A DNA stretch of 63,172 nucleotides, counting the filler, from an uncultured bacterium (GTDB taxonomy: Bacteria; DAOPZR01), in the NCBI GenBank assembly GCA_964637655.1. It is 10 parts of 10 records of this genome, joined end to end, with 100 filler letters (N's around TTAATTAATTAA, not from the genome) between each part and the next. Parts side by side here need not be neighbours in the genome. Positions count along the whole stretch, not along the records: positions 57,111 to 63,172 come from CAZWUZ010000235.1; 9 more parts are not named here. One strand, 5' to 3'. This document shows positions 57,111 to 63,172 of the stretch, one piece after another (position 1 is the stretch's first letter; each line of letters opens with the position of its first letter). Below the pieces are notes generated by a model, which searched no databases, was not told where the DNA came from, and saw nothing but the letters and a program-made list of their open reading frames with translations. Position numbers and translations under genes: made by a program.

Positions 57111-57382
57111 GGGCCTACAGCGACCATGCCCATAACGTGCTGGTCAATATCGCCACCGAGACGGGCCTGGCCGGGCTGGCGGCGTTCCTGCTGTTCCTCG
57201 GGGCAACGCTGCGCGCGTCGCTGCGCCAGCCGCTGCCGTGGTGTTTCCTGACGCAGGGGGTGGTGCTGGTGCTCATTGTTGCGGGGTTGGCGACCACCAC
57301 CTTCCATACCGAGGGGGGGATGCTCTTCGCCCTGCTGGTGGGAACCGCCCTGGGTGCGTCACGCGTGCCGCCGGCCGCATGA
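57111..57382 (+). CDS. O-antigen ligase/polymerase family C-terminus (partial)
   Basis: HAHNVLVNIATETGLAGL followed by TMs. Confidence 0.8.
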
Positions 57383-58698
57383 AGCCGCTGCGTATCTTTG
57401 CTGTTTCTCTTGGCTGCCCGAAGAACGAGGCGGACCTGGAAATCGCCCTCGACCGCCTGACCGCGGCCGGCCACACAGTGGCTGCATCAGTGCGCTATGC
57501 CGATGCCATCATCGTCAATACCTGCGCGTTCACCGACGAGGCGCGCGCGGAGAGCAGTGCCGCGCTGGCAGACTGTGCCGCCGCGGCGAAACGCGGGGCG
57601 CTGGTGGTCGCGCTTGGCTGCCTGGCGCAGCGCGAACGTGAACAGTTGTACGCGCGCTATCCGTTTCTCGTCGCTGTCGCCGGGCCGGGTGAGGCGGCGC
57701 ATCTGCCGGCCATCATCGCGCGCGCGCGCGGCGGGGCGCGCCCCGTGCGCTGCGGCGGTATGACGACCGCGCCGCTGGCTTCCGCGCGCGTCAAACTCAC
57801 CCCCTCCCACTATGCCTGGCTGCGCATCGCCGAGGGGTGTGACAACCGCTGTCACTACTGCGTCATCCCCTCGCTGCGTGGACCGTTCCGCAGCCGTTCG
57901 GTCGCCGCCATTGCGCGTGAGGCGAAACAGCGCCTGCGCGCGGGGGCGAAGGAACTCATCCTCGTGGCGCAGGACACCACCCGCTATGGCAGCGACCTGC
58001 GCCCGCGCACGTCGCTGGCTGCCCTGCTGCGAATACTGGCCGGACTGGACGGGGAGTGCTGGCTGCGCGTGCTCTATGCGCATCCCGCGCAGGTGACAGA
58101 CGACTTCCTGCGCGCGCTGGCGGAACTGGCCCCGGTGGTCAAGTACCTCGATATCCCGCTGCAGCATGCGCATCCTGCCGTGCTCAAGGCGATGGGGCGT
58201 CCCGTCATTGACCACCGCGCGCTGGTCGCGCGTTTGCGTGACGCAGTCCCCGGCATCGCCCTGCGCACGACGCTGATGACCGGCTATCCCGGCGAAGGTG
58301 AAGAGGAATTCGCGGCGCTGCAGGAGTTCGTGCGCGATATGCGCTTCGACCGTCTCGGGCTTTTCTGTTTCCAGCCGCAGGCAGACACCCCGGCTTTCAA
58401 TCTGCGCGGCCATCTCGACCCCGAAATCAAGGAACAGCGCCGCCAGACGCTCTGGCAACTGCAGGAGGAAATCAGTGCCGCGCGCAATGCCGCGCTCGTC
58501 GGCACCGACGTGACGGTGCTTATCGACCGCGTAGAGGGGCATGGCGGCACCGGACGCACTGCTGCTGATGCGCCGGGCATCGACCAGACCGTGCAGGTGC
58601 GCGGCAAAGTGCGCCGCGGCACCTTCGCGCGCGTGCGCCTCACCGGCAGCCATGCCTTCTCACTGACCGGGAAATGCCTGCCGGAGAAAAAACGGTGA
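57379..58698 (+). CDS. rimO: Ribosomal protein S12 methylthiotransferase RimO
   Basis: SLGCPKN.D, NTCAF, GCL, IAEGCDNRCHYCVIP, AQDTTRYG, YLDIPLQH, TRAM domain with APGID. Confidence 0.9.
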   Translation: MKPLRIFAVSLGCPKNEADLEIALDRLTAAGHTVAASVRYADAIIVNTCAFTDEARAESSAALADCAAAAKRGALVVALGCLAQREREQLYARYPFLVAVAGPGEAAHLPAIIARARGGARPVRCGGMTTAPLASARVKLTPSHYAWLRIAEGCDNRCHYCVIPSLRGPFRSRSVAAIAREAKQRLRAGAKELILVAQDTTRYGSDLRPRTSLAALLRILAGLDGECWLRVLYAHPAQVTDDFLRALAELAPVVKYLDIPLQHAHPAVLKAMGRPVIDHRALVARLRDAVPGIALRTTLMTGYPGEGEEEFAALQEFVRDMRFDRLGLFCFQPQADTPAFNLRGHLDPEIKEQRRQTLWQLQEEISAARNAALVGTDVTVLIDRVEGHGGTGRTAADAPGIDQTVQVRGKVRRGTFARVRLTGSHAFSLTGKCLPEKKR

Positions 58699-59834
58699 AG
58701 GTGCTCTTTGCGGTGCATGAATTCCCGCCGCTGGGCGGTGGGGCCGGGGTCTGGATACGCACGCTCGCTGATGCGGTGGTTGCCGGCGGCGGCAGGGCGA
58801 AGGTGCTCACCCTTGGGCAGCCGGGCGTGGCGTATGCTGCGCTCCCCTATCCTGTCGAGGCGGTGCATAGCGGGCGGGCCTCAACGGCGTACGGTGATGC
58901 GTTCTCGCTGCTGCGCTATGCGCACAAACTGCGCGGTGTATTGCAACGTGAAACAGCGACTGGCGACTGGGACTGCGTCTATGCGCATTTTACGGTGCCC
59001 GCCGGCTGGGCTGCCGTCACGGCAGGATTGAACGTGCCGGTTATTGTCGACATTTCGGGTGCCGACATCTACGACCCTGAACGTTTCGCCCTTATCCGCC
59101 CGCTGCTCAATATGCTCAACCGGCAGGTGGTAAAAAAAGCAAGATTAGTCATTGCCCCGAGCAAGGACATGGCACAGCGTTGCCGGGCGCTGACGGGCGT
59201 CATGCCCGAAGTGGTCTATCGCGCGGTGGATACTGAGCGCTTCCATCCAGGGGCAGCCAACCCGCAACTGCTGCGCCATCTCGGTGTGCCTGAGGGGGCA
59301 AAGACCATTCTCACTGTCGGGCGTCTCGTCCCGCGCAAGAATCTTGCCTTCGCCATCGCGGTGACGGCGGAACTGGTCAAGCGCGGCGAACCGGTCTATC
59401 ACGTTATTGCCGGCGAGGGCCCCGAACGCCCCCGCCTCGAACGCCTCGTCGCCGCCTGCGGCCTGCAGGGAAGGGTCGTCTTCGCCGGGCGTGTCCCCGA
59501 TGCCGACCTCCCCGGTCTCGTCGCCGCCGCCAACCTCTTCCTGCTCACCTCGCACTACGAGGCGCTCGGCATCGTCCTGCTCGAGGCGCTCGCCGCCGGC
59601 ACCCCTGTCCTCGCCCCCGCCATCGGCGGCATAACCGAGATACTGGCTGGTGATGATGGCGCGATGATGCTGCAGCAACTTTCCGCAGCACCATCACGAT
59701 GGGCGGAACAAGTGACGAAACTGCTGGCAGTGGATATGCACACATGTCAGCAACGGGCGTCGCAATTTGGCGTTGCCGGGCAGGTGCATGGGTGGCGCAA
59801 CCGGATCTCGCTAACCTGCCGCATTCCGGAATAA
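58695..59834 (+). CDS. GT4 family glycosyltransferase
   Basis: EFPPLGGGA, VGRLVPRKN, EALGIVLLEALAAGTPV (EX7E). Confidence 0.93.
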   Translation: MKVLFAVHEFPPLGGGAGVWIRTLADAVVAGGGRAKVLTLGQPGVAYAALPYPVEAVHSGRASTAYGDAFSLLRYAHKLRGVLQRETATGDWDCVYAHFTVPAGWAAVTAGLNVPVIVDISGADIYDPERFALIRPLLNMLNRQVVKKARLVIAPSKDMAQRCRALTGVMPEVVYRAVDTERFHPGAANPQLLRHLGVPEGAKTILTVGRLVPRKNLAFAIAVTAELVKRGEPVYHVIAGEGPERPRLERLVAACGLQGRVVFAGRVPDADLPGLVAAANLFLLTSHYEALGIVLLEALAAGTPVLAPAIGGITEILAGDDGAMMLQQLSAAPSRWAEQVTKLLAVDMHTCQQRASQFGVAGQVHGWRNRISLTCRIPE

Positions 59835-59889
59835 CAACAGTTGAGGAATGAGGTTGTGCTACCGGCAACAAGCATGCTATAAGCAGCGT

Positions 59890-62313
59890 ATGCGCAAAAG
59901 GGAGATGCAGGCACGGCTTACGGCATTCGTGCAGAGGGAAGGATTGACGTGTCTGGCCCTCGCGGTCATCCTCTTGTCTGCTTTTTCTGTGCGCACTATG
60001 CCGTTTGTCGACGGGATATTCGCCGGTGACACGGTAATTTTCTGCGATACCGACCCCTATTACCACATGCGTCGTGTTGAACACCTGTTGACCCACGACT
60101 TTCAGCTTATTGAATTCGATTACTATCTCAACTATCCCGAGGGTGGAGTCAGTTTCTGGCCGCCCGGGTTCGAAATGTTGCTGGCACTGTGTATCCGGGT
60201 TTTTTCGGGGGGAGCGACAGAGCGCGCGGTGATTGAACCGATTGTCTGCTGGCTGCCCCCGCTGCTGGGGGCGTTGACGGCGATTCCCGTCTGGGCTGCC
60301 GCCCGACGGTTATTCGGCCCGGTGGCTGGTGTTGTGGCGGCACTGATAGTCGCATTTATCCCGGGGCACATTGTCTATTCCCAGGTGGGTAAGGTCGACC
60401 AGCACGTGGCGGAAGGATTTACCGCAATGCTGCTGTACGCGTGGTTTTTCCGCCTGATGGCGACGCAGCATGATAACCACCGGCGCTGGATGATGCCGCT
60501 GGCGGGGGGCTTCTTTGTCTGGCTGGCGTATGTTATGTGGTCCGGGGCAACGCTGTACCTGGTGCCGCTGTTTGCAGCGGCAGGGATTCTGCTGCTGCTT
60601 GTGCCGTCAACACGGTTTGCCGTGTATGTCAGGGAAAGTACATTGTTTTCGCTTTCAGCATTCATGTGGATGCTGTATCCCTGTCTGACCTCGTGGTGGG
60701 GACGTCAATGGCTGTTTGCCCACGATGCGCTGTCCCTGCTGCAACTGGTGTTTCTCGGGATCGCGACCCTCTTTTTCTCCGGCTTGTGGCTGCTCAGTGG
60801 TTCGTGGCGTGGATTGCAACCGGCACAACTGGCGGCCATGCCCGTGCGGATGCGTTCGCTGGCGGTATATATGGCCGGTTTTCTGATGCTGGCCGGCATG
60901 GTCGTTGCGTCGGCGCCTGATGCTTCGCGGGCGCTGCAGGAGGGAATGCGGCTGCTGTTGAAAAAGGGGGACGCCTCATATCATATCTGGCTGACGACGA
61001 TTGCAGAGTATTCCCCGCTGTGGGTGGTTGATAACGGGAGGGTGGTCTGGGGACAGATTGTCGGCAACCTTACCCGGTGGGTTTATGCCGTGCCGGTCAT
61101 GCTGGTGGTGCTGGGCTGGCGTGTCTGGCGCTTGCCCGATGCGGTGGTGCGCATGTCGTCCCTGACACTTGCCGTCCTGACCGTGTTCCTTGGCCTGATC
61201 AACATGCAGCAGTCGCGCTACTCGTATGTATTCGGTGGCATGGTGGCGGTGTGCGCCGCCGGGTTGCTGGCACTGCTGTACCGTTGGCTGGCACAACACG
61301 AGGATTTCATTCGTGTACAACTCCCCGAAGCGCTGCGCTGCCAGCTCGTCCGCCTGAAGGAATGCTTGCCATTCACGCGCTGGCCCCGCATGACCACGGC
61401 GTTGTGCATGGCGGTGCTGTCGGGTATGTGGCTGCTGCATGAATGCCGCCTGGTGACGGAATCGATGTTCTTTATCGGCGGGAGGTCAATCCTCTCTCCG
61501 GCGGAATATGAACTGCTGGTGTGGTTGCGCCACAATACGCCAACGCCGGGAAATTTTGCCCGGCCGCAGGACAAACCGGCGTATGGCATCATGAACATCT
61601 GGGACTGGGGACATTTCATTGAGTACGTGGCGCAGCGTCCGGCCGCGGTCAATCCCTATGGCATGGGGATAGACAAGATGGTGGCGTTCTACCTCTGCCC
61701 GGCGGAAACGCAGGCGAATGCGCAGATGGAGGCACTGCAGTGCCGATATGTGCTTACTTCCGATCCGTTGATGATGGTTGATTCGCTGCGCAAATTGAGC
61801 ATGCAGTATCCCGGGGAAACCTACCGCCTCCTCGGCTGGGAGCCGGGCCGTATCCGCATACCGAAAGAGGAATTTCTGCAGACGATGGGGGTGAAACTGC
61901 ATCTGCATGACGGGGCGAAACCGGTAATTCCCGATCTCGACGTGGAAGGGCTCGAACATTACCGGCTGGTGTATGAAACCCCGGAAATGTCGGAAATCAC
62001 CTACTCGGGCGGCCCGGTGCAGGTGGCAAAACAGAAAGTGTTTGAATATGTGCGCGGCGCCCGCTTGCGCGGCAGGGGAAAACCGCACGAACTGGTGGCG
62101 GTATTCCTCAAGCGCACGAGTAATATCGGCAGGGAATTTCTGTATCAAAACCTGTTTGTTGCCGATGCTGAGGGAAATTTCGAACTGGTTCTGCCGTACA
62201 GCACGGCCGCTGATGAGGAACCGTATCTTGTGCGCTATGGCGCGCAGGAACGGGAAGAACGATTGGTTGTCCCCGAGGAGGCGGTGGCCAATGGCCTTAT
62301 GGTCACGTTGTAG
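59890..62313 (+). CDS. STT3/AglB-type oligosaccharyltransferase
   Basis: DTDPYYH.R, DQH, TIAE (TIxE), IWDWGH (WWDxG variant), about 13 TMs. Confidence 0.88.
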   Translation: MRKREMQARLTAFVQREGLTCLALAVILLSAFSVRTMPFVDGIFAGDTVIFCDTDPYYHMRRVEHLLTHDFQLIEFDYYLNYPEGGVSFWPPGFEMLLALCIRVFSGGATERAVIEPIVCWLPPLLGALTAIPVWAAARRLFGPVAGVVAALIVAFIPGHIVYSQVGKVDQHVAEGFTAMLLYAWFFRLMATQHDNHRRWMMPLAGGFFVWLAYVMWSGATLYLVPLFAAAGILLLLVPSTRFAVYVRESTLFSLSAFMWMLYPCLTSWWGRQWLFAHDALSLLQLVFLGIATLFFSGLWLLSGSWRGLQPAQLAAMPVRMRSLAVYMAGFLMLAGMVVASAPDASRALQEGMRLLLKKGDASYHIWLTTIAEYSPLWVVDNGRVVWGQIVGNLTRWVYAVPVMLVVLGWRVWRLPDAVVRMSSLTLAVLTVFLGLINMQQSRYSYVFGGMVAVCAAGLLALLYRWLAQHEDFIRVQLPEALRCQLVRLKECLPFTRWPRMTTALCMAVLSGMWLLHECRLVTESMFFIGGRSILSPAEYELLVWLRHNTPTPGNFARPQDKPAYGIMNIWDWGHFIEYVAQRPAAVNPYGMGIDKMVAFYLCPAETQANAQMEALQCRYVLTSDPLMMVDSLRKLSMQYPGETYRLLGWEPGRIRIPKEEFLQTMGVKLHLHDGAKPVIPDLDVEGLEHYRLVYETPEMSEITYSGGPVQVAKQKVFEYVRGARLRGRGKPHELVAVFLKRTSNIGREFLYQNLFVADAEGNFELVLPYSTAADEEPYLVRYGAQEREERLVVPEEAVANGLMVTL

Positions 62314-63172
62314 GCCGCTGTTGGTCGTCGGGCTGCTGCTGCTCTATGGCTGGCGCGCCTACGTGGCGGCCGGTTCGATGTCGCTGACCTTTGACGAAAT
62401 AATCTATCCGGCTGCCGGCCTGCACTGCTGGCAGACCGGCGAATTCCTTCTCAATTATGAAAACCCGCCGCTGGCCAAACTATGGGTGGCACTACCCGCC
62501 CTGCTCTCCGGGTTGCGCGCGCCGGCAATGGAGCAGATCTCCCGGCAGAACCTGTCGTATCAGTACACATACGGAATGAACTTTCTGCATGCGCTGGGTG
62601 CCGGCAAACGGCAGACGATACTGCATGCGCGCCTGATGACCGTTGTTGCCGGGCTGGCGCTCTGCCTGGTGGTATGGTTTGCCGCACGGGCGTGGTCCGG
62701 GCCTGACGCCGGATGTATTGTCCTGCTGCTGGTGTCGTTGTGCCCTACCCTCATCGCCTACGGTTCAGTGGCGACGACGGAATTGATGTTGACCTTCTGG
62801 TACACGCTCTGTGTTATCGCGGCGGTGCATGCCTGTGAAGGCGGCAGGCGCGGCTGGTTTGTGCTGTGCGGAGTGGCACTTGGAGGGGCACTGCTGAGCA
62901 AAAACTCGGCATTGAGTTTGCTGCCGGTGCTGGCGGTGTTTGTGGCGATAGCATGGGGGCGTGGTAAAACGGTTCCCTTACGTTTGCTGATGCTGGCCGG
63001 TGTGATTGCGCTGTTTGTTCTGCTTGCCGGGTATCGCTTTGGTGCGCTTGATGTTTACTTTGACGGTCTGACCATAAACATGTCGCTTATGTTTTCCGTC
63101 AACCGGGTGGGGCAATATACCTTTCTGGCAGGTAACATGTCGGCCGAGGGATGGTGGTACTTCTTCTTTGCC
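62291..63172 (+). CDS. GT-C (ArnT/PMT-like) glycosyltransferase (3' partial)
   Basis: MALWSRC..SLTFDE..AAG..NYENPPLAK..AR..LLSKNSA; GGAGG RBS; absent from the ORF track because it has no stop in the window. Confidence 0.82.
   Translation, partial: MALWSRCRPLLVVGLLLLYGWRAYVAAGSMSLTFDEIIYPAAGLHCWQTGEFLLNYENPPLAKLWVALPALLSGLRAPAMEQISRQNLSYQYTYGMNFLHALGAGKRQTILHARLMTVVAGLALCLVVWFAARAWSGPDAGCIVLLLVSLCPTLIAYGSVATTELMLTFWYTLCVIAAVHACEGGRRGWFVLCGVALGGALLSKNSALSLLPVLAVFVAIAWGRGKTVPLRLLMLAGVIALFVLLAGYRFGALDVYFDGLTINMSLMFSVNRVGQYTFLAGNMSAEGWWYFFFA

Noticed and set aside
92-62754. Many long antisense or alternate-frame ORFs (e.g. 8872-10404, 16741-18393, 19551-20972, 35724-37205, 48691-49968)
   Set aside because: Shadow ORFs of high-GC genes; they overlap motif-supported CDSs and are Arg/Ala/Pro-rich without motifs.

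Overview
The window is ten unrelated ~6.1-6.35 kb contigs (lengths descend from 6353 to 6062 bp) joined by artificial 100-bp linkers (N-run, TTAATTAATTAA, N-run), so gene neighbourhoods only mean something within a contig. The DNA looks like a fragmented draft or metagenome-assembled genome of a high-GC, diderm, probably anaerobic bacterium: it encodes LptD-like and PorV-like barrels, HydF, an AdhE-type aldehyde dehydrogenase, CbiA, GlnS, a sigma-54 regulator and an MCP. Most genes are ordinary housekeeping or signalling genes. The best candidates for undescribed systems are: (1) two tandem Ser/Thr kinases, each with a PspA/IM30 (ESCRT-III-like) segment before a TM helix, ending in different beta-propellers (Kelch vs WD40); (2) a porV-like gene followed by toxin-antitoxin pairs alternating with displaced copies of its own 3' end; (3) a corrinoid protein, an MtaA-like protein lacking its Cys zinc ligands and a DUF1638 protein, coupled to a hybrid sensor kinase. 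Also seen: a lexA-X-dinB cassette with a candidate SOS box, tandem DnaA boxes next to tRNA-Glu/tRNA-Lys, a histidine-less pseudokinase, two pseudogenes, several REP-like families and a likely chimeric join of phage lysis genes to thiD. All family calls come from motif recognition by eye; no searches were run.
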